This document shows, one piece after another, positions 16,104 to 25,797 of a stretch of 35,732 nucleotides of DNA. A model generated the notes under the pieces. The model saw nothing but the letters and a program-made list of their open reading frames with translations. It ran no database searches and was not told the origin of the DNA. The position numbers and the translations under genes were made by a program. The number at the start of each line of letters is the position of its first letter. Positions within the stretch are counted from its first letter, which is position 1. Origin of the DNA: Bdellovibrionia bacterium. GTDB taxonomy: Bacteria > Bdellovibrionota > UBA1018. The stretch covers positions 1-35,732 of the forward strand of contig JBGSHQ010000401.1 in NCBI GenBank assembly GCA_041752095.1, in the 5' to 3' direction.

Positions 16104-16461
16104 CCAAAGTAGTTCCAACAGAATAAATCGCTAAAGAAAGAGCATTTTCATAATGAGTGGCTCTTAAATCTTCTGAAAGATTTCGAGCTAATTCATCCCA
16201 GTATTTTTGTCCTACGATTCGATGAAGTCCCTCATCAGCGACGATCGCGAATTTCCGAGTTTTACGATTTAAGTAAATTAAAACACCGTTTCTGTCAGTG
16301 GTTTTAGTGAGATTCATTTCTTCGAAGATTGAAAGCGCGGAGTCCATAGGATCGCGTTCTAGTCGATCTTCAGAAAGATGAACAAAAACCTCACCAGTAG
16401 ATTTTTTCGTAACATATCTTAAAGACCGTAAAATGGGGGTTAGATTTTCAGTAGCTTCCAC
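16075..16461 (-). CDS. TPM domain protein
   Basis: STGEVFVH, TTDRNGVLIYL..KFAIVADEGLH..VGQKYW; GGAGG upstream favours GTG at 16461. Confidence 0.82.
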   Translation of the reverse strand: MEATENLTPILRSLRYVTKKSTGEVFVHLSEDRLERDPMDSALSIFEEMNLTKTTDRNGVLIYLNRKTRKFAIVADEGLHRIVGQKYWDELARNLSEDLRATHYENALSLAIYSVGTTLAKRFPILEK

Positions 16462-17242
16462 TGACACCTCCACCGGTTTTTAAATGGGGCGTTGTTTTTA
16501 TAATGTTTTTAACAATTTTTCGATTTAAGAATCGAAGTAGATTTTCCCATCCGGATACCCGATGCCAGCCCGCAGATGTATAATGGATTTCCACTGCGAG
16601 AATGCGATATCCAAAAAAGAGGGAGATGGCAAAACCTCCCAGGAACCAAAAAAGCCAACCTCTACCTTCGTGTGAAATATCCGTAGGGTTTAACGATTCA
16701 TTAAAACCTGAATCCTTTAAGTCGGAATCAAATTTACCATTAACAAAAACTGGACTTTCTAGAAGTTCAAAAAACCGTCTTAAAGTAAGAAGTATAGCGC
16801 GATCAGATCTGCCGGCTTTAAATTCCGGGTTTACAATTTCATTTATAATCTTCGTAGCTCCACGATCCATCAACAATGAGTCGAGCCCGACTCCTGCTTT
16901 CCAAGAAAGTCGCTTTCTCTCGAGATCAAAAACGATTACTAAACTACTCGGTGGTTTTGGTGTTGATACCTTCCAGGAATTAAAGACACGAACGGTAAAA
17001 GAATCGATGTCTTCATCAATGGGTGAATTTTTAAGAGTTAAGACTAAAATCGATTCTTGAGTTAAATTGAGATGCTCATCAAGAGAACGCTCGAGCACCT
17101 GGGTTAACGATAACGATAAAGCTTGAGCAGAATCAGAAATGCCCTTTAAGGGCTTGAGGGGTAAAGAATCAATTGCGAAAGACTTTTCTGAAACGAGAAA
17201 AAAAAGTATTAAAAATGAAATTATAAACCGTCGCATCATCAC
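16448..17242 (-). CDS. TPM domain (YgcG-like) membrane protein
   Basis: Signal peptide, DIDSFT.RVFNSW, GVGLD, C-terminal TM and GGGVSGSY tail. Confidence 0.75.
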   Translation of the reverse strand: MMMRRFIISFLILFFLVSEKSFAIDSLPLKPLKGISDSAQALSLSLTQVLERSLDEHLNLTQESILVLTLKNSPIDEDIDSFTVRVFNSWKVSTPKPPSSLVIVFDLERKRLSWKAGVGLDSLLMDRGATKIINEIVNPEFKAGRSDRAILLTLRRFFELLESPVFVNGKFDSDLKDSGFNESLNPTDISHEGRGWLFWFLGGFAISLFFGYRILAVEIHYTSAGWHRVSGWENLLRFLNRKIVKNIIKTTPHLKTGGGVSGSY

Positions 17243-17251
17243 TTATATATC

Positions 17252-18289
17252 TTATGTCTTCACTCCGTCGACGACAAGAGAACAAACTGTGCTTACCCAC
17301 GCTGGTGAAGAATTAAGAGACGAAACCATTTTGAGATCATCTCCACCCTTTTGAATAAATAGTTCTCGATATCGAATTGCAATCTCTTCAAGAGTTTCAA
17401 GACAATCTGCAACAAAAGAAGGGGAAACCATCAAAATCCGTTTCGCACTGCCAGAGACTGCCAGTTGGTTTAAAATCTGATCTGTATAAGGCTCGATCCA
17501 CTTCGTCGGGCCTAGTCGAGACTGAAATGTAACTTGGTATTGGTCTGGGGCTAAACCGGCACGCTCTGCAATAGCTTTTGCCGTATGAAAACAGTGAGCA
17601 CGGTAGCAATCTTGGTTTTCTTCCTGAATGGTGTCACAACAGTGTGCACTTTTCAGGCAGTGCATTCCACAGGAACGATCGACCTTTTTTAAGGCTTTTT
17701 CAGGTAGTCCATGAAAACTGAATATAACAAAATCGTGAATAAAATCTTTTTTGGCTTCAAATACTTTTTCGACAAATGCATCAATAAATTTCAAATTGTC
17801 ATAAAAGGCACCAATGTTCTTAAATTGCGGCGTATAACCTATCCTAATTGATTCATGTTGAACCCACTTGCGACTCGACTCAGTTGTAGCGCGTGCATAC
17901 TGAGGATAAAGGGGCAATAATCGGATCTCCTGAACCTGAGCTTGCTTGAAACGAATGAGTGCGTCCGCAACCGATGGTTTTCCATATCTCATCGCTGGAA
18001 TGACTAAAAAGGTTTCACCCAGTTCACTTTGAACTTTCTCCGCAAGATCTTGGGTATGAAAAAAAAGGGGAGATCCCCGCGTAGTCCAAATCTTTTTGTA
18101 CGCTTCCGCAGATCGTTTTGGTCTTGTACGTAAAATAATCCCTTTCACGAGTAAGGCACGAAATATCCACGGGAGATCAATGACATCGGGATCCATAAGA
18201 AATTCATCGAGGTAACGTTTCACACTTTCAGTGTCGGGTCCTTCAGGAGTACCCAGATTCATCAGCAGGATACCGATTTTTTTATCCAT
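17252..18289 (-). CDS. hemH: ferrochelatase
   Basis: GILLMNLGTP, LPLYPQYA, FSFHGLP, FQSRLGP.KWIEP, FVADCLETLEEI. Confidence 0.96.
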   Translation of the reverse strand: MDKKIGILLMNLGTPEGPDTESVKRYLDEFLMDPDVIDLPWIFRALLVKGIILRTRPKRSAEAYKKIWTTRGSPLFFHTQDLAEKVQSELGETFLVIPAMRYGKPSVADALIRFKQAQVQEIRLLPLYPQYARATTESSRKWVQHESIRIGYTPQFKNIGAFYDNLKFIDAFVEKVFEAKKDFIHDFVIFSFHGLPEKALKKVDRSCGMHCLKSAHCCDTIQEENQDCYRAHCFHTAKAIAERAGLAPDQYQVTFQSRLGPTKWIEPYTDQILNQLAVSGSAKRILMVSPSFVADCLETLEEIAIRYRELFIQKGGDDLKMVSSLNSSPAWVSTVCSLVVDGVKT

Positions 18290-19526
18290 TTGACTGTTTC
18301 ACTTTCATAATTCGATTAGGTAATTCTACTGCGTTTTTTAAAATTCCAGAAAGTCCAAGCCTACCCGTATAGTTTCCCATAAGAATAATACCATGCTTTT
18401 CTTCGAGGTCTCGAATGGGGTTTGATTCTAATGCTCGTGAAAGTTCAGTTGTATAGTGAGGGAGAGCAGGATTCCAAAGAGACAGAGTCACATGAATCGG
18501 TTGAATATTAAGTGTTTTATCACCATAGAGCCGTGCACGATCCTCTAAAATGGAATCCAAAATTTTATCTCGTGTATCTGTAACAATTTTTCGGTCACTG
18601 AAACCACCTAAAATCCATCGTTCAATCGGATAATGACTCCGATCACCAAATATAACCTCTTCACAAAGAACGCCCAAAGATCGAATGCCCACATCTCGTG
18701 GAAAAAGGCATCCAAACCCATCCAAAATTGGGGTGCCTTCGGAAAATGCGATGCTCACAGAAACCAATGGAATCATTTCGATACCAGAAAGATTGGTACT
18801 CGCTTCTGAGAAATTTACACGTAAAAGTTCGACGGCTGAAGGCAGAGAGGTTGCAATAACTTTAGCACCTCGAACTTCATTCAAAGTAACCTTAGAATCA
18901 AAAAAAAATCGAACCCCTTTATCTTCTAAATCTTTACGAAGGGATGCCATTAAAGTCGACATCCCGCCTCGGGGAGCTACTGTACCCCGAATTTTTGGTG
19001 GTTGAAGCTTCTTTGATTTTTTAAAAAAATGACCGAAAACGAGGTTTGCATCAAGCTGTTCAGGATTTCCGGCATATATACCCTGTAGGCCAGGGGCAAG
19101 AAGATGAATGTAAGTGGGCATTCCCAGGACTCTTACTGCCCAGTCTCTAACCGTTTCTCCGGGCTTAGGACGCTTGAACAGCAAAAATGGGAGTCTAACT
19201 AATAAACCAACAGTCTCCATTAAATAAAGTGGCCACCTAAGAGCTTTTCCATCTCGGAAAAAATAGCGTCGTTTTCCAACAGATCGGACGCCAATTAATT
19301 CAACACCGATTTGATCCGTAAGCTCCTGAAAAGCATATGAATTAAGAATTCCATTTGCAGCGGTTTCAAACTTTCCATAGGGAGTTTCTTCGGTTTGGAT
19401 AAGACCACCCACACGTGAATCTTTTTCGTAAATAAATACTTGAAATCCTGCCTTATTCAAAAAATAGGCTGAAACAAGTCCCGAAAATCCTGCCCCAAAA
19501 ATACTTACTTCTTTTTCAAAATTCAT
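18282..19526 (-). CDS. hemY: FAD-dependent protoporphyrinogen oxidase (HemY-type)
   Basis: GAGFSGL FAD motif, RVGGLIQT, GIYAG, GFGCL, ALPHY; position in hem operon. Confidence 0.88.
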   Translation of the reverse strand: MNFEKEVSIFGAGFSGLVSAYFLNKAGFQVFIYEKDSRVGGLIQTEETPYGKFETAANGILNSYAFQELTDQIGVELIGVRSVGKRRYFFRDGKALRWPLYLMETVGLLVRLPFLLFKRPKPGETVRDWAVRVLGMPTYIHLLAPGLQGIYAGNPEQLDANLVFGHFFKKSKKLQPPKIRGTVAPRGGMSTLMASLRKDLEDKGVRFFFDSKVTLNEVRGAKVIATSLPSAVELLRVNFSEASTNLSGIEMIPLVSVSIAFSEGTPILDGFGCLFPRDVGIRSLGVLCEEVIFGDRSHYPIERWILGGFSDRKIVTDTRDKILDSILEDRARLYGDKTLNIQPIHVTLSLWNPALPHYTTELSRALESNPIRDLEEKHGIILMGNYTGRLGLSGILKNAVELPNRIMKVKQSNG

Positions 19527-19531
19527 GATTT

Positions 19532-20905
19532 TTAAATGCTTTTAGAAAAAATCCGTGCCTGAGGTGTCTTTTCTCTAAGTCTCGAATCAAAAAAAAGACA
19601 CGCGTTTCTTAAAAATGGCCGCCCGGCTTCGAGCACTCTTAAAACGGTTTTTCCTTCAACCCTAAGAATCTCAACCAAGCCGTCTTTCATCATTTCATGT
19701 AAAAAACTCTCGGCATCACTGACCTGGTCTGATTCGAGTTCAACTTCTAAGCGGGTCATCAGTTTTAAAATTTGTTCTCGCTGATTTTGATCTTTTGCTG
19801 TTAATAAATGGCCTCGATGAGTTGTAATCTTTCCTAACTCCATCATCTTTTCAAAAGCCGGTAATGCTTTTTCATTTTGATGAAAACAACTCGGTGTTTC
19901 AGAAATTGCACTCACACCCAGACCTAAAAGAATTTCAGTCCGATGGCTCGTATAACCCATGAAATTGCGGTGTAATTTACGGTTTTCAGAGACTTTAAAA
20001 AGTGAATCTGTTTTTAATGCAAAATGATCCATTCCGATTTCTGCATAACCTGCATCAAGTAATGCGATCCGTGCGATTTCATAGAGGATGCGTTTATCTG
20101 CTCCGGTGGGTAAATCTGCTTCTGTAAATAAACGCTGAACGGGTTTAATCCATGGAACGTGTGCAAAACTATAGAGTGCAATTCGGTCGGGCCGTAACCG
20201 TATCGTTTCGTCCATAGTGCGCTTCATCGTCGCTGGCGTTTGTTTTGGAAGTCCATAAATAAGGTCATAGTTTACTGAACTAAACCCAAGAGCCCGGGCC
20301 GCTAGCGTTAAACTTTCCGTCATCTCAATCGGCTGAATTCGATTAACGAGACGTTGAACCTCGGGATCAAAGTCTTGAACACCCATGCTCACGCGAGTGA
20401 AACCGACCTCCCTTAAAGCTTGAAGATGGGCTTGATTTGTTCGACGAGGATCAACCTCGATCGATCGTTCCATTACTGTTCCAGAAGGACCCGTAATCGA
20501 CGCAAGAATGGGAGTAAGAAGTTTTTTTAAATTCTCGGGGGAAAGAAAGGTCGGTGTTCCACCCCCCAGATGAATCTCATCTAATACTCGATTACGAATC
20601 TCTGGAATCGCTTCCAGGTATAAATTCCACTCTCGGTGAAGAGCAGCCAAATAGGGTTCTTCTCGATTATGGTTTTTTGTAATGGAGGTATTACATCCAC
20701 AAAACGTGCAAAGGGATTCACAGAATGGAATATGAATGTAAAGAGACCATTTCGAATCCGTTTTGCTAAAAGCTTTTTTTAATTCTCGGATCCAAATATC
20801 TGTGGTTACACCTTCCGACTCCCAATAAGGAACGGTTGGGTAACTCGTATAACGTGGAGCTGGGATATCGTATTTTTCAATCAACTTTCGCAGTTCTGTG
20901 CTCAT
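19532..20905 (-). CDS. hemN: oxygen-independent coproporphyrinogen III oxidase
   Basis: PRYTSYPT, LYIHIPFCESLCTFCGC (radical SAM), GGGTPT, IGMDHFA, LHRNFMGY. Confidence 0.96.
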   Translation of the reverse strand: MSTELRKLIEKYDIPAPRYTSYPTVPYWESEGVTTDIWIRELKKAFSKTDSKWSLYIHIPFCESLCTFCGCNTSITKNHNREEPYLAALHREWNLYLEAIPEIRNRVLDEIHLGGGTPTFLSPENLKKLLTPILASITGPSGTVMERSIEVDPRRTNQAHLQALREVGFTRVSMGVQDFDPEVQRLVNRIQPIEMTESLTLAARALGFSSVNYDLIYGLPKQTPATMKRTMDETIRLRPDRIALYSFAHVPWIKPVQRLFTEADLPTGADKRILYEIARIALLDAGYAEIGMDHFALKTDSLFKVSENRKLHRNFMGYTSHRTEILLGLGVSAISETPSCFHQNEKALPAFEKMMELGKITTHRGHLLTAKDQNQREQILKLMTRLEVELESDQVSDAESFLHEMMKDGLVEILRVEGKTVLRVLEAGRPFLRNACLFFDSRLREKTPQARIFSKSI

Positions 20906-21939
20906 CGGAAAACCTCTCTCACTAATTTTACCAAGCGACGCACATTAACTTCGGGAGTTTTTGGAAGAACTCCATGGCCTAAACCACAAATCCAGCCGGA
21001 ACGCTCCATGGGTGATAGATCCAATAATGGTTTTAAGTACGACATCACTCGTGATTCAAATGAGGATTCTGGGCAGAAAAGTAAAGCTTCATCAAAATTT
21101 CCTTGGGTAAAACCGAAATGCCTCGTCTCTTTCGATTTAAGTACCGATGATAAATCCCAACGATGGTCGATCCCCATTCCAGCAAAAGTTCCATCTTTCC
21201 AAACTGGATCAACAAAATAAGAGGCTTGGGTTCCTTTTGAGTAAAATCCAATTTTACCTGGAAATTTTCGAACGAGGTTAGAAATTTCAGGCAAAACAAG
21301 CTCCCGAAATAACCAAGGTGAAATCTCACCTGCCGCTGTATCAAAGAGCATAACAATTTCTGCTCCGCCTTCAATTTGCAGAGCGATATTTTTTTCTAAA
21401 AGTGGAACGAGTACCCGACAAAATTTAGGAAAAAGATGGAGCTGACTTTTAACTTCTTGCAGAGAACCCGCATGCCGGCCCTGAACCGCATAAGTAAAGA
21501 GTGTCCACGGACTCCCAACAAACCCGATTAAACTCTTATTTTGTGGAAGACGTTTTCGGGTTTCTCGAATGGCATCTCGCTGAAATAAGAGACCCTCAAT
21601 CGCTTCACTAGCAGGAAGTAAATCCTTTAAGGTTTCATCGGTTAAATGCCAACCGAGTTGGGGTCCCAGTGAATCCGTGTAAGTTAATCCCATTCCCATC
21701 GATTCGAGCGGAAAGAGAAGATCACTGAAAAAAATTGAAACGTCGAAGTCGAAGTCTTGGATCGGTCCAAGGGCAACTTCCGCAGCTAACTCAGGGCTTT
21801 TACAGAGCTCCATGAATGAGTGTTTTTTGCGCAACGCTTGGTAGTGTGAATGATACCGTCCAGCTTGGCGCATAAACCAAATGGGAGGAATCGTCTGTAC
21901 TTCTCCGCGAAGAGCGTTTTGAAATCGTTCATTTGCCAT
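20902..21939 (-). CDS. hemE: uroporphyrinogen decarboxylase
   Basis: PIWFMRQAGRY, FSDLL, IGFVGSPWTL, QGNFD, GLGHGVLP.TP. Confidence 0.96.
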   Translation of the reverse strand: MANERFQNALRGEVQTIPPIWFMRQAGRYHSHYQALRKKHSFMELCKSPELAAEVALGPIQDFDFDVSIFFSDLLFPLESMGMGLTYTDSLGPQLGWHLTDETLKDLLPASEAIEGLLFQRDAIRETRKRLPQNKSLIGFVGSPWTLFTYAVQGRHAGSLQEVKSQLHLFPKFCRVLVPLLEKNIALQIEGGAEIVMLFDTAAGEISPWLFRELVLPEISNLVRKFPGKIGFYSKGTQASYFVDPVWKDGTFAGMGIDHRWDLSSVLKSKETRHFGFTQGNFDEALLFCPESSFESRVMSYLKPLLDLSPMERSGWICGLGHGVLPKTPEVNVRRLVKLVREVFR

Positions 21940-21944
21940 ACTGA

Positions 21945-22619
21945 CTACCCCTTTGAATCACCGATCCACTGATAACCTACACTCCGAACTGATTTAATAA
22001 AACGGGTTCCATCATCGTCCAGAAGTTGGCGAAGTCGAACAATGACGTTATCGACCGTGCGGTTTGATGGAAAATTTCCCTCTCCCCAAACAGCATTCAA
22101 TATTTCATCACGACTGACCACACGAGGACTGACAGAGATTAGATGTTTCAAAAGTTGACAGTCTTTTAGGGAAAGATTTTCATTTTTTCCATCGATCCCG
22201 AGAATTGCCATACGTCCAAAATCGATCGTAAAGTCTCCACACTTAATATTCCGTTGTTCAGCATGGTTATCTAAGACATGTTTTACACGTAATAGTATTT
22301 CCTTTAAGTGAAAGGGCTTCGGAATATACTCTTCGGCACCTAACTCGAAACCCCGTAAACGATCCGGGGCACCCGCCTGGGCTGTCACGAATAAAAATGG
22401 AGTTGCAGTCCGTTCACGAATATTTTTTGCAAAATCAAAACCTGATCCATCAGGTAATCCAACATCGAGAATAACTAAATCAATAGGCTTTGATTTAAAA
22501 TCTTTCTCGGCCTGTGTAAGTGTTTTAGACCAAAGCACCCCGTAACCTTCTCGTTCAAGCCGTTCTTTCAATGTGAGACCGAGCGTTAAATCATCTTCAA
22601 CTAGAAGAAGTTGTTTCAT
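21945..22619 (-). CDS. OmpR-family response regulator (HemR-like)
   Basis: LLVEDD, ILDVGLPDGSG, KPF, RTVDNVIVRLR, VRSVGY; embedded in hem operon. Confidence 0.9.
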   Translation of the reverse strand: MKQLLLVEDDLTLGLTLKERLEREGYGVLWSKTLTQAEKDFKSKPIDLVILDVGLPDGSGFDFAKNIRERTATPFLFVTAQAGAPDRLRGFELGAEEYIPKPFHLKEILLRVKHVLDNHAEQRNIKCGDFTIDFGRMAILGIDGKNENLSLKDCQLLKHLISVSPRVVSRDEILNAVWGEGNFPSNRTVDNVIVRLRQLLDDDGTRFIKSVRSVGYQWIGDSKG

Positions 22620-23515
22620 TCGACAACCCCTCTTTTAAGAGTGATTTCAATCCTAAATCCCGAATCGCTGCGAGGAATCACCTTAAAAATTCCGCCCATT
22701 CTTTCTACTAAAGTTTTACACAAATGAAGTCCCACACCACTTCCACTCTGACTCGTATGGCGAAAAAAAAGGCGACCGATCGCCGACTCATCTCCAGAAA
22801 AACCTCGCCCGTCATCCAGAATAACGAGTTTACACTTTTTTGCGTGAGCTTCTTCCTCTGAAATTTTCAGACGAGTTGCTCCTCCATGAATTTTTGCATT
22901 TTGAATGAGATTTCGAAATAGACTTTCTATCGCTCGGCGATCTGCCGTGAGGCTAACATCTTTTTCAAGTTCAATTATAAACCCAGGAAATACCGTTTGG
23001 AGCTTCCTTACTAATGCCTCTAGAGAAATCGTTTCCAAATGAATTTGGTCCGTGTTTTTCACAGTTGCTAGAAACAGAGCATTATCGAGTTGAATCTCAA
23101 GACGATTAGCATCCTGCAGAAGACGATCCATTAATGGATTTGATTGGGGTTCAAGATCTTCTTGAAGCGCTTCCGCTTGAAGGCGAAGACTCGCGAGTGG
23201 CGTTTTTAATTCATGGGTAAAAGTTGCAAAAAATAATCTCATTTGCGTGTTTCGGCTATATTCACGAAAGAGAAGAGAAAAAAGTCCAGCTCCCCCTAAA
23301 ATGAGTAAACCAATGAGAGTAAGTCCTTCCGAAAGAATCATTCTGTGTTGTGACTGAAATTTATTTCTAAGCAGAGGTTCAAGCTCTGCCAGCATTTCAA
23401 CTTGGTTTAAACCGTGAATTAACCACCAAATGGCTAGGGCTAGCGTCGTAAAAAGCCAAATCACGACAAGAGTTAAATAAATATTTTGTCTGGAATAGCG
23501 TTGATCCAGCTTCAT
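22616..23515 (-). CDS. sensor histidine kinase (HemK-like sensor in the Leptospira sense)
   Basis: Two TMs with short loop, H box THELKTPL, N box NLIQNA, DDGRG, GSGVGL. Confidence 0.9.
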   Translation of the reverse strand: MKLDQRYSRQNIYLTLVVIWLFTTLALAIWWLIHGLNQVEMLAELEPLLRNKFQSQHRMILSEGLTLIGLLILGGAGLFSLLFREYSRNTQMRLFFATFTHELKTPLASLRLQAEALQEDLEPQSNPLMDRLLQDANRLEIQLDNALFLATVKNTDQIHLETISLEALVRKLQTVFPGFIIELEKDVSLTADRRAIESLFRNLIQNAKIHGGATRLKISEEEAHAKKCKLVILDDGRGFSGDESAIGRLFFRHTSQSGSGVGLHLCKTLVERMGGIFKVIPRSDSGFRIEITLKRGVVE

Positions 23516-24831
23516 TTCTGACTCAACCCTTTCAGAGCTTTCTCTGTCGCCTCGAGTACTCGCGCAATAATCGTATCATCGTGGGCCAGCCCTAAAAAAC
23601 CGACCTCATAGCCACTCGGAGGAAGATAAACTCCCTCATGAAGGAGTGCTTTAAAAAGAGGTGCGAAACGGGCATTGAGTTCGGTGGGGAGTTGGGAAAG
23701 AGACCGAATTTCTCGTTCGAGCTCACCGGGTGTAGCTGGATGGATCCAAAAAATAGACCCTCGATTTTTAACCGAATAGGGTGCACTGGATGTTTTAAAA
23801 AGTTTTTTTAGTTCGAATACAAATTTAGAGGTTCTTTTTTCGAGTACCGAATAAAGATCAACCGCTTCAATCTTTTTAAGTGTAGCAAGTCCTGCTCTCA
23901 TCCCAATCGGATTTGCGCTCAGTGTCCCAGCTTGGTAAACAGGACCACTGGGTGCTACTAAATCAAGCAAGTCACGGCGTCCACCGTAAGCACCTACAGG
24001 AAATCCGCCCCCTAAAATTTTTCCATAAGTCACGAGATCGGGCTTCATCCCGAGAATTTCAGCCATACCACCGAGCGCCACACGAAACCCAGAAATCACT
24101 TCATCAAATATAACCAGTGCGCCTACTTTTCGCGCTTCTTCAGCAACAAACTGGATAAACTCTTTTCGCTGAATGAGCAGTCCGTAGTTTGCGGGTAAGG
24201 GCTCAAGAATCACTGCGGCGACCTCCGATCCTTGTTCTTTTAGAATTCGTCGCACACTTTCCTCATCATCGAGCGACGCTACCAAGGTCTCAGAAATCAT
24301 TGGACCCGAAATACCTGCGCTATCGGAGGCGCTCGCTCCTGCCAATCCACTCCCTGCTTTAACAAGAAGCGAATCGGCGTGTCCGTGGTAACATCCTTCG
24401 AATTTAAGAATTTTGGTACGGCCGGTAGCCGCTCTCGCAACCCGGATTGCGCTCATCACCGCTTCGGTTCCCGAACAAACGAAGCGTAACTTTTCAACAT
24501 GCTTCACTCGCGCGATAATCCATTCAGCTAATTCTAAAGAATAGGGTTCACAGGTTCCGAAAGCCCAACCCTCGTCTAGCGCTTCGGTCACGGCTGCATG
24601 AACATCAGGATCCCGATGACCCAAAATCATTGGCCCGAAACACTGACAAAAGTCGATGTACTCTTTTCCCTCTACTGAAGTGAGATAGGCGCCCCGACCT
24701 TCTTTAAAGAAGACCGGTGTCCCACCCACACTTTTAAACGCGCGAACTGGACTGTGGACTCCACCAGGCGCCACCTTCAGACTTCTTGCCATCAGTTCTT
24801 CTGAATTCGGAAAGATCCGTTTTGTTGACAC
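23512..24831 (-). CDS. hemL: glutamate-1-semialdehyde 2,1-aminomutase
   Basis: [53 protein letters not shown]. Confidence 0.97.
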   Translation of the reverse strand: MSTKRIFPNSEELMARSLKVAPGGVHSPVRAFKSVGGTPVFFKEGRGAYLTSVEGKEYIDFCQCFGPMILGHRDPDVHAAVTEALDEGWAFGTCEPYSLELAEWIIARVKHVEKLRFVCSGTEAVMSAIRVARAATGRTKILKFEGCYHGHADSLLVKAGSGLAGASASDSAGISGPMISETLVASLDDEESVRRILKEQGSEVAAVILEPLPANYGLLIQRKEFIQFVAEEARKVGALVIFDEVISGFRVALGGMAEILGMKPDLVTYGKILGGGFPVGAYGGRRDLLDLVAPSGPVYQAGTLSANPIGMRAGLATLKKIEAVDLYSVLEKRTSKFVFELKKLFKTSSAPYSVKNRGSIFWIHPATPGELEREIRSLSQLPTELNARFAPLFKALLHEGVYLPPSGYEVGFLGLAHDDTIIARVLEATEKALKGLSQK

Positions 24832-25797
24832 TTAAACTCCCATTTCTTTTGCATAGCGAGCGCCGTACGTAATGATGTATTGTGCCCCCGCTCTTTTAAA
24901 TACAAACCAAGTCTCTAAAAGAGCGGGTTGAAACTGAATGAGACCCTTTTCTTCGAGCAGTGCAAGCGATGCATATTCACCGCTCACTTGATAAGCACCG
25001 ACAGCTCGCCCCGTTTTATTTTGAATCTCACGAATTAAATCAATCGAGCTCATACCCGGCTTCACCATGAGGAGATCAGCTCCTTCTTCTGCACAGCGGA
25101 TACTGGAAGCGATCGCATCATCGCGGTTCCGAACATCAATTTGGTACTGAGTCCGGTCACCAAACTGGGGGGCACTATCGGCTGCATTCCGAAAGGGACC
25201 ATAAAACTGACTACAAAACTTGGTCGAATAACTCATGATCGGAATCATTTCTTTTCCAGCCGAATCCAGAGATGTGCGAATCGCAGCAACTCGACCATCG
25301 ATCATATCACTCGGTGAAATGCCATCAGCGCCTGCATGAGCATAAGCGAGTGCAGTATTTGAAATTTCCTTCAATGTCGATTCATGATCCATTTTTCCGA
25401 CATTTTTTCCATCCGTATGAAAAATACAACAATGTCCGGTCACCGTTAAAGAACAGAGACAGGTGTCTACCCAAAGACAAACATTTTCTTTAAAGCGCTC
25501 TTTGATCGAGCGAATGACCTTTGATGAAAAGTCGTGATTAAATCCTTTGGTTTCTTTTTTAGAAGGAACATTAAAAAGAATGAACTGGGTTACACCATTT
25601 TCTAAATCACTCTCAACCTGATTTAATATTCCATCGAGTGGCTGCCGAAACGTTCCTTTCAGACCTGAAATTTCGGTATTCGCTTTTAAACCCTCGACAG
25701 CAAAAAGGGGTTGGATCAGCTGGGCGCGAGTGAAGTCGACTGTAGAAGTTAAATCGCGAAAATGTTTTGTTTGCCGAAGTCGCTGGAGTTTTTTCAT
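24832..25797 (-). CDS. hemB: porphobilinogen synthase
   Basis: DTCLCSLTVTGHCC (Zn ligands), SPSDMIDGR, YGPFR.AA, LMVKPG, AYQVSGEY; ATG 25797 overlaps the hemC stop. Confidence 0.96.
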   Translation of the reverse strand: MKKLQRLRQTKHFRDLTSTVDFTRAQLIQPLFAVEGLKANTEISGLKGTFRQPLDGILNQVESDLENGVTQFILFNVPSKKETKGFNHDFSSKVIRSIKERFKENVCLWVDTCLCSLTVTGHCCIFHTDGKNVGKMDHESTLKEISNTALAYAHAGADGISPSDMIDGRVAAIRTSLDSAGKEMIPIMSYSTKFCSQFYGPFRNAADSAPQFGDRTQYQIDVRNRDDAIASSIRCAEEGADLLMVKPGMSSIDLIREIQNKTGRAVGAYQVSGEYASLALLEEKGLIQFQPALLETWFVFKRAGAQYIITYGARYAKEMGV

